DNA of 64,000 nt from Candidatus Woesebacteria bacterium GW2011_GWB1_39_10 (GTDB taxonomy: Bacteria > Patescibacteriota > Microgenomatia > UBA8517), in assembly GCA_000993205.1 (NCBI GenBank), contig LBVU01000003.1:161008-225007 (forward strand). Reading direction: 5' to 3'. The position numbers were made by a program, and so were the translations under genes. This document shows, in pieces, positions 1-10,102 of the stretch. Every line of letters begins with the position of its first letter. Within the stretch, counting starts at the first letter, position 1. Under the pieces are notes generated by a model. The model saw nothing but the letters and a program-made list of their open reading frames with translations, was not told where the DNA came from and did not search any database.

Positions 1-1292
1 CACTTCCACCCTCAATAAAAGTTGTCAACGGAAAAGTTGAAGTGTTTACAGGAAAAGCCGGTACCGAAATCGACCAACAAGGCCTTAGAGCCGAAATCGG
101 AATAAGTCTGTCTTATGCAAAGGAGGGTCAAATTGTCATACCCGTTAAAAAAATTGATACTTCATTAACCAAAAAGGAAGAGGAGGAAGTAAGAACTCTT
201 GCGCAAAAATTTGTAGGCAAAAAAATCATAATAAATTTTGAGTCAAACCAATTCGCGCTTAAAGACACAGACATTTTAAAATTTTTAAATCCCAAAGGAG
301 GTCTCAATGATGAAGCTGTCAATTCCAATCTGGGTAGTATTGCTTCTCAAATAAACAGAAGTCCACAAAACCCAAAATTTAACTTTGACGGGCGTAAGGT
401 TGTAGAATTTTTACCCGCATTGGACGGAATAACTGTTGATACGCACGCTGCAAGAGAAAAAATTATAGATACATTTAACCTTTTAGCTACCAGCGATCAA
501 TTATTGATATCATTTGATTTGCCCGTTGTTCGTAAACCTCCTGAAGTTGCTACAGACGAGGTTAACACTCTTGGTATAAAAGAATTAATTGGACGCGGAA
601 CTTCAACTTACTACCATTCTATCCCCTCGCGTGTTCACAATGTAGTTTTGGCTGCCAGCAGAATTAACGGAACCCTGGTTAAACCAAATGAGACCTTTTC
701 ATTTAACAATACTCTGGGTGATATTTCGGCGTTTACAGGGTACCAACAGGCATATATAATTTCCGGTGGAAAAACAATTCTTGGGGACGGTGGCGGAGTT
801 TGCCAGGTTTCTACAACTCTTTTTAGAGCAATTTTAAACGCCGGTCTTCCTGTTACAGAAAGGACCTCTCATGCATACCGTGTTGGCTACTATGAGCAAA
901 GCTCGCCTCCCGGGCTTGATGCTACGGTATACGGACCCTCTCCCGATTTAAAATTCATTAATGACACATCCAATTATATTTTAATTGAGGCTTTCGCCGA
1001 TCCAAAACGTTATTCTCTGGTCTTTGAGCTTTATGGTACCAATGACGGAAGGATTGCATCCATTTCAAAGCCTGTTGTTTCAAATGTGATTCCTGCCTTA
1101 CCAACCGTGTACCAAGATGATCCCACACTTCCAATTGGTACTCAAAAACAGATTGATTACAGCGCCCCCGGGGCAAAAGTTTCTTTTATTTATCTCGTCA
1201 AGCGAGAAGGTCAAACAATTTATCAAAAAACCTTTGTCAGCAACTACCGCCCTTGGGCGGCGGTCTACCTTCGAGGCACAGCCACGAAATAA
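1..1292 (+). CDS. VanW domain protein (5' partial; frame is open to position 1, first in-window start is GTG at 42)
   Basis: ORF 42..1292; motifs GGGVCQVSTTLFRAILNAGLPVTERTSHAYRVGYY and DATVYGPSPDLKFINDTSNYILIEA match the VanW family; no in-frame stop between 1 and 42. Confidence 0.6.
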   Translation, partial: LPPSIKVVNGKVEVFTGKAGTEIDQQGLRAEIGISLSYAKEGQIVIPVKKIDTSLTKKEEEEVRTLAQKFVGKKIIINFESNQFALKDTDILKFLNPKGGLNDEAVNSNLGSIASQINRSPQNPKFNFDGRKVVEFLPALDGITVDTHAAREKIIDTFNLLATSDQLLISFDLPVVRKPPEVATDEVNTLGIKELIGRGTSTYYHSIPSRVHNVVLAASRINGTLVKPNETFSFNNTLGDISAFTGYQQAYIISGGKTILGDGGGVCQVSTTLFRAILNAGLPVTERTSHAYRVGYYEQSSPPGLDATVYGPSPDLKFINDTSNYILIEAFADPKRYSLVFELYGTNDGRIASISKPVVSNVIPALPTVYQDDPTLPIGTQKQIDYSAPGAKVSFIYLVKREGQTIYQKTFVSNYRPWAAVYLRGTATK

Positions 1293-1308
1293 TTTGAAAT
1301 TAAATCAT

Positions 1309-2373
1309 ATGAGGATTATCAAAATTAACAAATACACAGTTGGTGAAGTTGTCAAAATTTTAAATAATGGCGGACTTGTGATTTACCCCACCGAAACTGT
1401 TTACGGCGCAGCCGTTGATCCTACAAATGGAATTGCGGTTAAAAAACTTGTTGAGTACAAAAACAGACCGTTTGGAAAACCTTTTTCTATAGCCGTTACC
1501 GACATTAAAATGGCGGGCAAATACGTTTATTTAAACAAAACTGCCAAAAACTTGTATGGGGAATTTCTGCCGGGACCGCTTACCATAATCTCCAAGGGAA
1601 AGCATATTGTTTCCCCAGGCGTAGAAAGTGAGGAAGGGACCTTGGGAATTAGAATCCCGGATTATCAATTGGTTATAGACATTGTTAAAGCGTTCAGAAA
1701 ACCAATCACTTCAACTTCAGCTAATGCCAGTTATAAGAAACGCCCTTACAAAATTTCTGATATTTTGGATAATATTTCAGAAAAACAAAAAGGATTGATA
1801 GATCTGATTATCGATATTGGAGAGCTTCCAAAAAACGATCCGTCCACTGTAATCGACACAACCCTCGACGACATTGTAACTTTGCGTCAAGGAAAAGTGA
1901 AGTTTTCAAACAAAAACGAAGTTTTAAGTCGTGGTGAAGAAAACACTAAAAACTTGGCAAAGGAAATCTGGCAAAAATACGAAAGCCATCTTGGTAAACG
2001 CGCCATTATTTTTGCGCTTCAGGGAGAAATGGGGACCGGTAAAACCCAGTTTACAAAAGGTCTTGCCCGCGCTATGGGGATAGAAGAGCTAGTCACCTCC
2101 CCCACTTTTAATCTTGTCAATCACTACTCCGAAGGAGCAAGCTCCGCTTATTCGCTCGACCACATCGATGCGTGGCGAATGGTAAATTCAGACGAACTCA
2201 AAAATCTTGATTTTGAATCTTTTGTTAAAAATAAACATGTGGTCGCCATTGAATGGGCAGAAAGGGTTGCTGATGTCGTACGCGAGTTTGATGACGAAGC
2301 AATAATTATCTGGATAAAGATCGCTCCGGGTAAAACTGAAAATGAGAGGTTGATCAGTTGGGGAAATATTTGA
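1309..2373 (+). CDS. fused t6A-pathway protein: TsaC/YrdC/Sua5-like threonylcarbamoyl-AMP synthase (N-terminal) plus TsaE P-loop ATPase (C-terminal)
   Basis: The N-terminal half has VIYPTETVYGAAVDPTNGIAVKKL and PFGKPFSIAV (YrdC/Sua5 fold). The C-terminal half has LQGEMGTGKTQFTKGLARAMGI, SPTFNLVNHY and HIDAWRM (TsaE hallmarks). ATG at 1309 lies just after the VanW stop at 1292; the ORF-track frame opens at 1117. Confidence 0.75.
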   Translation: MRIIKINKYTVGEVVKILNNGGLVIYPTETVYGAAVDPTNGIAVKKLVEYKNRPFGKPFSIAVTDIKMAGKYVYLNKTAKNLYGEFLPGPLTIISKGKHIVSPGVESEEGTLGIRIPDYQLVIDIVKAFRKPITSTSANASYKKRPYKISDILDNISEKQKGLIDLIIDIGELPKNDPSTVIDTTLDDIVTLRQGKVKFSNKNEVLSRGEENTKNLAKEIWQKYESHLGKRAIIFALQGEMGTGKTQFTKGLARAMGIEELVTSPTFNLVNHYSEGASSAYSLDHIDAWRMVNSDELKNLDFESFVKNKHVVAIEWAERVADVVREFDDEAIIIWIKIAPGKTENERLISWGNI

Positions 2374-2374
2374 T

Positions 2375-3415
2375 ATGAAGATCCTCTGCATTGATACCAG
2401 TTGTGACGAAACAGCGTGTGCTATAACCGAAAACACAAAAATTTTGTCCAATATTATTTGGTCGCAGGCGTCCGCTCACGCTAAATTCGGTGGTGTAATG
2501 CCATCCCTCGCCCAAAGGATGCACGAAGAAAGAATAGACCTTGTCGTAGATAAGGCAATTAAAAATTCAAAATTAATAATTAAAAATTTGGACTGCATCG
2601 CGGTTACAGTAGGACCAGGTCTTTCGATTGCGCTTGGGGTAGGAATTAATAAGGCGAAAGAGTTGGCTCTAAAATACAACAAAAAATTAATTCCTGTAAA
2701 TCACCTTGAGGCTCATGTTCTTTCTCCCTTGGCGAATAACGAGTATCTAGTATCTAATATCAAGTATCCAGCTCTTGGATTGGTGGTCTCCGGTGGGAAC
2801 ACAATTCTAGTCAAAATTAATAAGATCGGAGAATACGAAACTCTGGCCCAAACCGCAGATGACGCGCTGGGAGAGGCGCTAGACAAAGCCGCAAGAATGT
2901 TGGGATTGGGTTACCCGGGTGGCGCGATTTTAGAAAAGTTTGCGAAGTTGGGAGATCCGACAAGATATAAACTTCCAATCCCTATGGTCGGACAGGAAGA
3001 TAGAAAAATTTTTTCATACTCAGGTTTAAAAACTTCAATGATGAGAAAGATACAAGAATTAAGAGTTAAGAATGAAGAAATAAGTAGACAAGACGTTTAC
3101 GACTTGGCCGCTAGTTTCCAAAACGTTGCTTTCTCTCATTTGATCCGTGTCGTGCAGTATGCCATAAGCCATAAGCCATATGGCATAAAACATTTGTTAG
3201 TTGGGGGAGGGGTTTCGGCAAACATTGAAACTAGAAAAAGGCTTCGAAAACTTGGCAAGGAATTTAATATTCAAGTTCACTTCCCCTATTCCAAGAAATT
3301 GACAGGTGACAACGCGGCAATGATTGGAGTCGCCGCTTATTTTAAAGCCAAAAGAGGTGAATTCGTTAATCCTAAAATTATCGATCGAATCCCCAACTTA
3401 AAAATTGGTGGCTAA
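2375..3415 (+). CDS. tsaD: tRNA N6-adenosine threonylcarbamoyltransferase TsaD (Kae1/YgjD family)
   Basis: MKILCIDTSCDETACAI, GVMPSLAQRMHEE, GVSANIETRKRL; start is 1 nt after the upstream stop. Confidence 0.85.
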   Translation: MKILCIDTSCDETACAITENTKILSNIIWSQASAHAKFGGVMPSLAQRMHEERIDLVVDKAIKNSKLIIKNLDCIAVTVGPGLSIALGVGINKAKELALKYNKKLIPVNHLEAHVLSPLANNEYLVSNIKYPALGLVVSGGNTILVKINKIGEYETLAQTADDALGEALDKAARMLGLGYPGGAILEKFAKLGDPTRYKLPIPMVGQEDRKIFSYSGLKTSMMRKIQELRVKNEEISRQDVYDLAASFQNVAFSHLIRVVQYAISHKPYGIKHLLVGGGVSANIETRKRLRKLGKEFNIQVHFPYSKKLTGDNAAMIGVAAYFKAKRGEFVNPKIIDRIPNLKIGG

Positions 3416-3443
3416 TTTTCTCTGATTATATTATAATTCAGCC

Positions 3444-5558
3444 ATGGACCCTCAGTACGATCACACAAGATACGAGTCGAATATTTATGGTATATGGGAG
3501 AAGTCGGGCTCTTTTTCTCCACAGTCCTCTGCTCACGGTTCACCGTTCACTATAATTATGCCCCCACCGAATGCCAACGATCCGCTTCATATCGGACATG
3601 CCAGATTTATAGCTATTGAAGATACACTAATCCGCTACCATCGCATGAAGGGTGAGCAAACTCTATGGCTTCCGGGAAGCGACCATGCAGGCATCGAAAC
3701 TCAGTATGTTTTTGAGAAAAAATTGGCTAAGGAAGATAAAAGCCGATTCGACTTTGACCACGACACTCTTTTTAAAATGATCTGGGATTATGTCCAGGAA
3801 AATACAGGTGTCATGGAGTCCCAGCTTAAAAAGCTCGGGGCTTCTTGTGACTGGAGCAGATTTAAATTCACACTTGACACCGAAATTGTAAAGATTGTTT
3901 ATAAGACATTCAAAAAACTTGAGACTGACGGGCTTCTTTATCGAGGCGAGCGGATTGTTAATTACTGTCCAAGATGCGGTACCGCCTATTCACAACTTGA
4001 GGTAGACTATGTGGAAAGAGACGACAATCTATATTATTTGGACTACGGAACCGTAACCATTGCAACCACCCGACCGGAAACTATATTTGCAGATGTGGCG
4101 GTCGCAGTTAATCCGAAAGATGTAAAATACAAAAAGCTTGTCGGATCAACCGCAAAAATACCGCTAATTAACCGCGACGTTCCGGTAATTACGGATAAGC
4201 TTGTAGATGTAACTTTTGGGACAGGCGCACTTAAGGTTACTCCGGCTCACGATCCTACCGACTTTGAAATAGGAAAATCAAATAAATTACCGCTAATTTC
4301 CGTAATCGATGAAAAAGGCAGGATGACAGGCACGCCGGAGAAATATATTGGCATGAAAGTATTCACCGCCCGTGAAGAAGTGGTTAAAGACCTTGAACTG
4401 GCAGGAAAGATAAAGAAAATTGAAAAAATTCATCATACAGTTGGAGTGTGTTATCGCGATCACGGAATTCTGGAGCCAATGGTTTCAAAACAGTGGTATG
4501 TCAAAGTCGAACCATTGGCCAAAAAAGTATTGACCTCAATCAAAAGCAAAGAAGTTAAGTTTACGGCCAAAAAATATGAAAAGATTGCAATTCATTGGCT
4601 TAAAAACTTAAGGGATTGGAACATTAGCCGCCAAATAGCCTGGGGTATAAGAATTCCTGCGTATAGATGTGGAAGATGTATGGAGTGGACTATCACAGAC
4701 GGTGAAATTCCGACTAAGTGCGACAAATGCGGCAACGGGATTTTGACACAAGACACTGACACTTTTGACACATGGTTTTCTTCCGGACAGTGGCCGTTCG
4801 CTACATTACAAACCACCAACCCGGGGGATTTCGAAAGGTATTACCCAACAAGTGTTATGAATACCGGGTACGACATTCTCCCCTTTTGGGTAATTCGAAT
4901 GCTTATGCTTGGCATTTACACAACAGGAAAGGTTCCTTTTGAAACGGTTTTACTTCACGGACTGGTCCGGGACAAAGAAGGGCTCAAGATCAGTAAATCT
5001 AAAGGAAACGGAATTGATCCTATTCTGATGTCTGAAAAATACGGCGCTGATGCTTTGCGTATGGGACTTCTTTGGGGCGCTTTAGTCGAAAACGACGTGG
5101 CCCTTTCCGAAGACAAAATCAACGGACAAAGAAAATTTGCCAATAAGATTTGGAATATTGCGAGGTTTGTTCTTTCGAACAAACAGAGTGAAAGAGTTAA
5201 AGAGTTAAAGAGTAAAACTAAAAACACGGACGATGAATGGATACTGAAGGAACTCAAAGACACTACAAAGAAGGTTACAAAAGCTCTTGATAAATACAGA
5301 CTTAATGAAGCGACCGAAGAAATCTATGATTTTATTTGGCACAAATTTGCAGATGTTTATATTGAAAAAGCAAAAGAGCCTTTCGATAAAGAGTCCGGTA
5401 AGATAACTGTTCGAAAAGGCGCAATCCCCACTCTCTACAAAGTCCTCGAATCCGGTCTTAAACTCCTTCACCCCTTTATGCCTTTTGTCACGGAACAAAT
5501 CTGGCACGAGATGGGAAACAAGGGTCTTCTAATCACTGCGGACTGGCCGAAGGCGTAG
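3444..5558 (+). CDS. valS: valyl-tRNA synthetase, compact 704-aa form
   Basis: Class I aaRS with HIGH-like motif PPPNANDPLHIGHA, followed by WLPGSDHAGIETQ, DTWFSSGQWPF and KMSKS motif KISKSKGNGIDP. These match the ValRS pattern (PPPN..GxLHxGHA, GTDHAGIATQ, DTWFSS). Confidence 0.75.
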   Translation: MDPQYDHTRYESNIYGIWEKSGSFSPQSSAHGSPFTIIMPPPNANDPLHIGHARFIAIEDTLIRYHRMKGEQTLWLPGSDHAGIETQYVFEKKLAKEDKSRFDFDHDTLFKMIWDYVQENTGVMESQLKKLGASCDWSRFKFTLDTEIVKIVYKTFKKLETDGLLYRGERIVNYCPRCGTAYSQLEVDYVERDDNLYYLDYGTVTIATTRPETIFADVAVAVNPKDVKYKKLVGSTAKIPLINRDVPVITDKLVDVTFGTGALKVTPAHDPTDFEIGKSNKLPLISVIDEKGRMTGTPEKYIGMKVFTAREEVVKDLELAGKIKKIEKIHHTVGVCYRDHGILEPMVSKQWYVKVEPLAKKVLTSIKSKEVKFTAKKYEKIAIHWLKNLRDWNISRQIAWGIRIPAYRCGRCMEWTITDGEIPTKCDKCGNGILTQDTDTFDTWFSSGQWPFATLQTTNPGDFERYYPTSVMNTGYDILPFWVIRMLMLGIYTTGKVPFETVLLHGLVRDKEGLKISKSKGNGIDPILMSEKYGADALRMGLLWGALVENDVALSEDKINGQRKFANKIWNIARFVLSNKQSERVKELKSKTKNTDDEWILKELKDTTKKVTKALDKYRLNEATEEIYDFIWHKFADVYIEKAKEPFDKESGKITVRKGAIPTLYKVLESGLKLLHPFMPFVTEQIWHEMGNKGLLITADWPKA

Positions 5559-5934
5559 CTTCAGGCGAATTCGTAGGCACGGCAGTTTGTATTGGTGTTG
5601 CTACGGGTGTTGGGGTGGGAACCCTTTTCGAAGAACCAACAAAAAACTTTGACCCGACCATATAAGCAACAGCGACGATAAGGGCTACAGCGAGAAGAAC
5701 TACAGAAACAATTAACAAGGGAGGACTTTTTTTGGGTGGAGCCACCGGAGTTGAAGATTGAACTTCAGGAGCTGTAGGAGGGGTCAGTACGGTTGAAGAC
5801 GGAACGGCGGGTGGAGGCACAACTACCGGCTGCGGTGGGGTTTGCTGCACATTCTGTAAATTTTCCCCTTGCGGCGCGGGGTTGTTCGGATCCATAATTA
5901 AGATTACCACATGTCGGACAAAAAGGTCAAACAA
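5533..5934 (-). CDS. hypothetical Pro/Thr-rich single-pass membrane protein
   Basis: ORF with one hydrophobic helix and low-complexity P/T/V-rich tail; overlaps valS 3' end by 26 nt; could be spurious. Confidence 0.25.
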   Translation of the reverse strand: MFDLFVRHVVILIMDPNNPAPQGENLQNVQQTPPQPVVVPPPAVPSSTVLTPPTAPEVQSSTPVAPPKKSPPLLIVSVVLLAVALIVAVAYMVGSKFFVGSSKRVPTPTPVATPIQTAVPTNSPEATPSASPQ

Positions 5935-6197
5935 AGTTTAATTCAATTCCTTATTTACACTACAATACTAAGCATCCTCTTCCTTTCCGCTATTAATGTT
6001 AATACTTCTCTCAGACCGAAAGTAAAAATTTTGGGAGTTGAAACATCGGACAATGATCAGGTTTTCTGGAGTAATTTTATTACTCTCCACCCCAACTACC
6101 TCCCCGGCTGGATAGAACTGGGAAGAACCGAGAAAGTTAGAGAAATAGATCCAAACTACAAGAAATTAGATCAATAGATGAGTAGATCAGTAGAAAA

Positions 6198-6887
6198 TTA
6201 GTTTTTTGATTCTTCCTTAGGGGCTTCTACTTGTTGGCCACCTTTCTGTCCTTCGGCAGGCTCAGGACCTTCGGCAACCACTTCACCTTCAGCACCGACT
6301 GGAACTATTGGGGTCTCCACCACTTCCTCTTTTTGAGGAGGTTCAACTTTGACTACAATTTCATCGGCTCCGGTTTTAATATCAACCTTGGTTCTGTCAA
6401 CCTTCAGGTCTTTAACCAAAATAGATTGATCTACCTCAGCTAACCCGGATGTATCGACAATAAATTTCTCAGGCAAATCGGTGGGAAGCGCTTCTACCTT
6501 AATTTCATTTATATATTGAACTACGGTTCCTACCGCCTGCTTCTCGGCGGGGGATTCCCCGGTAAGCTCAACCGGTACGTCTGCTTCAACTTTTTGTTTA
6601 AGATCGACCTGAAGGAAATCGATATGTACCACCTCGTCTGTTTTTGCGTTCTTCTGAACATTATGCACCAAAACGGACCGCTTCTCCCCGTTTACATCCA
6701 GTTCTACAAGTCCTGTTTCACCAACATCTTTATATATATTTTCGAAGTCTTTCAAAACAACTTGAATCGCGAAGGACTTTATCTTTTTTCCGGATATGTT
6801 TCCTGGAATTAACCCTTTTTGTCTGAGTGTTTTGACTTTCCGTCCTGCAATTTTTCTTTCTTCTGCTTTTAATATTTTTTTCTCCAT
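6198..6887 (-). CDS. rplY: 50S ribosomal protein L25 / general stress protein Ctc
   Basis: N-terminus KAEERKIAGRKVKTLRQKGLIPGNI, VHIDFLQVDLKQKV, acidic C-terminal extension. Confidence 0.8.
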   Translation of the reverse strand: MEKKILKAEERKIAGRKVKTLRQKGLIPGNISGKKIKSFAIQVVLKDFENIYKDVGETGLVELDVNGEKRSVLVHNVQKNAKTDEVVHIDFLQVDLKQKVEADVPVELTGESPAEKQAVGTVVQYINEIKVEALPTDLPEKFIVDTSGLAEVDQSILVKDLKVDRTKVDIKTGADEIVVKVEPPQKEEVVETPIVPVGAEGEVVAEGPEPAEGQKGGQQVEAPKEESKN

Positions 6888-6898
6888 TTTATTTTAAT

Positions 6899-9511
6899 TT
6901 ATTTTAAAAAGATCTTTTGATAAAAGTCCTTACTCAGAACTGTATTATACTCGAAATTCTCTTGTTTGGTCAAGCTGTGACCTAAATTTATGTTCCAGAG
7001 ATCGTCTGTTACACCGGCCTGTTTCCTGACATATATACCGTAACTGGAAGGAAAACCATTCTCCGAAATATCAGATGTCCAACTAAATTTTATATTTAGA
7101 TCTTGTTGGGGTAAAACCGTAAACCATACTCCAACCTCTTTTCTATTCTTGGCTGTTGTTATCTCCGGGGTAATTTGCTCTTCCGTTCCTCCATAAACCT
7201 TTCTTATTGCCCCCGGTTCTGTATCAACGGGCAATAGAACTCTTAAATAAACACCATAACGCCCGGAAGGTCCCAGTGCGGGACTGGAATTGTTATGGTA
7301 GTTTACATCAAGTGTTCTCTCAATCTTTTTATTGTCTAAATTTACCGAAAAATCAACTTGCCTTGCTATAAAGTAATTAGACTTGTTAAATCCCAGGTTG
7401 GCCTCAACCAGACCAACAAAGTCTTGATAACAGTCCTCCCCGCAAGACAGCTCGCCTATCGCCCCTCCCCATCCCAACATCAAAACGGAGTCTTCCACCT
7501 TGTTGTTGTGGAAATACGCCTGTATGTGCCTTCCATCAAGATTTTCTATAAACGATTTAATCAATCCTCCCTTATTTTTACTATTAGTTTTGCCGATTTC
7601 AAAAAGAAGTTGCCTTGAAAGGGCTGTTAAGAAGCTGGCTTTCTTGTGTGTACCTGGAAAAAAATTATCCTGGACTTCACTTTGAGTTTTTTCATACAAG
7701 TTTTTGTCCGAAATCCCCAAGTTAAAATCCGGAAGAAATACCGGACCAGTAAAACTTAGAATGTCTTTAACTATGTTTAGATCCAACGCCACTACTCCAT
7801 CTACTTTTTGATCAGTTTCCTTATTTAAGAACCACTCCGCTCTTTGAGCTGACGTAGGAAAATCAGGGTCCCAATTAGAATCTCTTAACCACCAGTTGGC
7901 CTGTCCTAAATACTCTTTTATAGGACCGGGTGGTTCTACGTGTCCCTTAAGTTGTCCGTCAGCCGAATAAACGTCGTTAACATTTAACTCACTAAGTCTG
8001 CCACCGTCCAATGAAAGAACTCCATACGAACCGATAAAGCCGCCCGTTGGTCGAAGCTCCATATTGTTCTGAAATAAAACAAGGTAAGTTTTCTTCCGTT
8101 CGTTTCCAAGGATGTCCGACAAGTTTTCAGTTAATGTGATCCCTTGAAGTAGCATGTTTTTATATTTCTCAAAATTGATTTTTTCGTGTAGCAACTTTGG
8201 TAATAATAATTTTGACTGAACTCCATCTTGAGTTTCCGCTTGCATTAGAGATATATCTCTGTACAGAAAATCTACATTTACTTTGATGTTTTTGCCACTC
8301 TCAACCGGGTCATATGTTTTATCGCCCAAAACATTACTAAATAATGTTATGCCGTCGTTCACAAGGGCATTGGCAGACAATATCATTTCCGATGATGTTG
8401 TTCCAACAACAGAAGCAAAGGCCGACTCTTTATAGACTCTACCTATCACAGGAACATTCGTAAACATCCTGCTCGAATTTTTCCCAATTGCGAAAAGAGT
8501 TTTTGCCATCAGAATTGAATTAACCCCACCACTCTTCTGTTTAATAAAATGTTGTTTATAATAAAAATAAAACATTCCCCAACCCGCTATATTTATCAAT
8601 ATTGGAAAAGTCAATATGATCAATAGTAGAAACGAAATTCTTCTTATCGCCTTCTGTCGCTTGTTTTCCTGTTTCGGAATTTTTAATTTGGGGATTGTAA
8701 CGGGTTTTAAAACAACCCCTCTTTGATCCTTATATGTAAACCACCTGAACGTCTCACTCAGACAATAGTTCATGTTTGCATTTACCTTTATAACTTCAAA
8801 GCCTTTTGGAATTTCCCGTATTGGGATGTCTTCCCTGTATTTTAGTTTTATGCCCTTCTCTATTCTTTCGTTTTCCTTCCAATAACTTGTAGCTGATATC
8901 TGTGGCCCCAACAGAAATACTTGTTTACCATAAGGACCGAAAGAAAATACCCATTTAGAAATAATCCTGGCGGCATCTGAAACAAATATCGGATAAAGGG
9001 ACCCCCCAATGCCCAACGATAAACTCCTCATGGTTAAAACCTCAGCAATTAATCTGGATGCTGTCAAGTCGCTGTCTAAATCTATTCTCGGCCCAAACAG
9101 GTCACCTACATAAACAACTGACGTGTTCTCGTTAGGCAACGGTTTGATATCGATTTCGAGATAATAACTTTCATAAGGAAAAATCGCAATAACCCTCGAA
9201 TTGTCTACATTCATCTTCTTGTTAAAGAAAAGCAAATCTTTATAGGTGTCTTGGAGTGATAAAAATCCTGAACAAAAAATTGTGTAGTCGGATCTTATAA
9301 GCGGGGCTTTTTTTAAGGAAAAAGTAGAAAAATTTACTCTATTTAGATGTTGGGTGTTTTCGTCCCATCTTTTAACATTGTCGGATACAATATTAATAAA
9401 ACAATTTTTAGAGAGAAGATTCTCAAGAATGTTAACGGCAAGAAAATTTGGTTCTGCAAATAATGTGACCGTCTGTTTAGACCTCTCTAAAGTGTTTATG
9501 GTGTTTTGCAT
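6899..9511 (-). CDS. large (870 aa) membrane-anchored extracytoplasmic protein, DUF4012-like
   Basis: Internal TM stretch LLLIILTFPILINIAGWGMFYFYY; block LVLFQNNMELRPTGGFIGSYGVLSLDGGRLSELNVNDVYSADG resembles DUF4012 (from memory, not searched). Confidence 0.45.
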   Translation of the reverse strand: MQNTINTLERSKQTVTLFAEPNFLAVNILENLLSKNCFINIVSDNVKRWDENTQHLNRVNFSTFSLKKAPLIRSDYTIFCSGFLSLQDTYKDLLFFNKKMNVDNSRVIAIFPYESYYLEIDIKPLPNENTSVVYVGDLFGPRIDLDSDLTASRLIAEVLTMRSLSLGIGGSLYPIFVSDAARIISKWVFSFGPYGKQVFLLGPQISATSYWKENERIEKGIKLKYREDIPIREIPKGFEVIKVNANMNYCLSETFRWFTYKDQRGVVLKPVTIPKLKIPKQENKRQKAIRRISFLLLIILTFPILINIAGWGMFYFYYKQHFIKQKSGGVNSILMAKTLFAIGKNSSRMFTNVPVIGRVYKESAFASVVGTTSSEMILSANALVNDGITLFSNVLGDKTYDPVESGKNIKVNVDFLYRDISLMQAETQDGVQSKLLLPKLLHEKINFEKYKNMLLQGITLTENLSDILGNERKKTYLVLFQNNMELRPTGGFIGSYGVLSLDGGRLSELNVNDVYSADGQLKGHVEPPGPIKEYLGQANWWLRDSNWDPDFPTSAQRAEWFLNKETDQKVDGVVALDLNIVKDILSFTGPVFLPDFNLGISDKNLYEKTQSEVQDNFFPGTHKKASFLTALSRQLLFEIGKTNSKNKGGLIKSFIENLDGRHIQAYFHNNKVEDSVLMLGWGGAIGELSCGEDCYQDFVGLVEANLGFNKSNYFIARQVDFSVNLDNKKIERTLDVNYHNNSSPALGPSGRYGVYLRVLLPVDTEPGAIRKVYGGTEEQITPEITTAKNRKEVGVWFTVLPQQDLNIKFSWTSDISENGFPSSYGIYVRKQAGVTDDLWNINLGHSLTKQENFEYNTVLSKDFYQKIFLK

Positions 9512-9659
9512 AAAAAGGTAGATTCATGTTGCCCGGTGTTTTACCGCAAACTCAGAACGTCTTAAATAGTCAAAAAGAATTGTCTAAAAAAACTTTTTTG
9601 GGGCAGAATTGTAAATCCCGGGGAACGTGAAAGACGCTCCGAAATACACGCCGAATGAA

Positions 9660-10091
9660 TTAGCCGCTCATTCGCCCATCCAATTCTTTATTAACCAAAA
9701 AATCTGCTTCTTTGTTTTGACTTCTTGGAATGTTGTAAAAATTAATTTTTAGCTTATTATTATTTATAATATTTTTGATATTTAAATTAATTTTTTTTAG
9801 GTTTTCGTTTTTTACTTTGTATAAACCGATTATTTGTTTAACTATTAATTCAGAGTCGAGATAAAACGAGATCGTCGTCGTGTTTAAGTCAAACTCTTTC
9901 AGGCGGAGTATCCAATTTAATGCCAGTAAAACTCCCTGATACTCTGCAGCATTATTTGTTGTTTTACCCAAATCGATTGATTCTTTACCAATCAATCCAC
10001 CGTTCTTTTTTGCAACAAATGCGCATGCCGCAGGACCCGGATTTCCCCTGGCGCCTCCGTCTGTGTGAATAATTATTTCGGAAAGTTCCAT
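9660..10091 (-). CDS. rnhA: ribonuclease HI
   Basis: IIIHTDGGARGNPGPAACAFV ... TNNAAEYQGVLLAL, RNase H catalytic signature. Confidence 0.8.
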   Translation of the reverse strand: MELSEIIIHTDGGARGNPGPAACAFVAKKNGGLIGKESIDLGKTTNNAAEYQGVLLALNWILRLKEFDLNTTTISFYLDSELIVKQIIGLYKVKNENLKKINLNIKNIINNNKLKINFYNIPRSQNKEADFLVNKELDGRMSG

Positions 10092-10102
10092 TAAAATGAA
10101 TT

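Noticed and set aside
5911-6177. 88-aa plus-strand ORF between valS and rplY
   Set aside because: Hydrophobic but with no motif, and it overlaps the start of the Pro/Thr-rich minus-strand ORF. It could be real, but the support is too weak to list as a feature.
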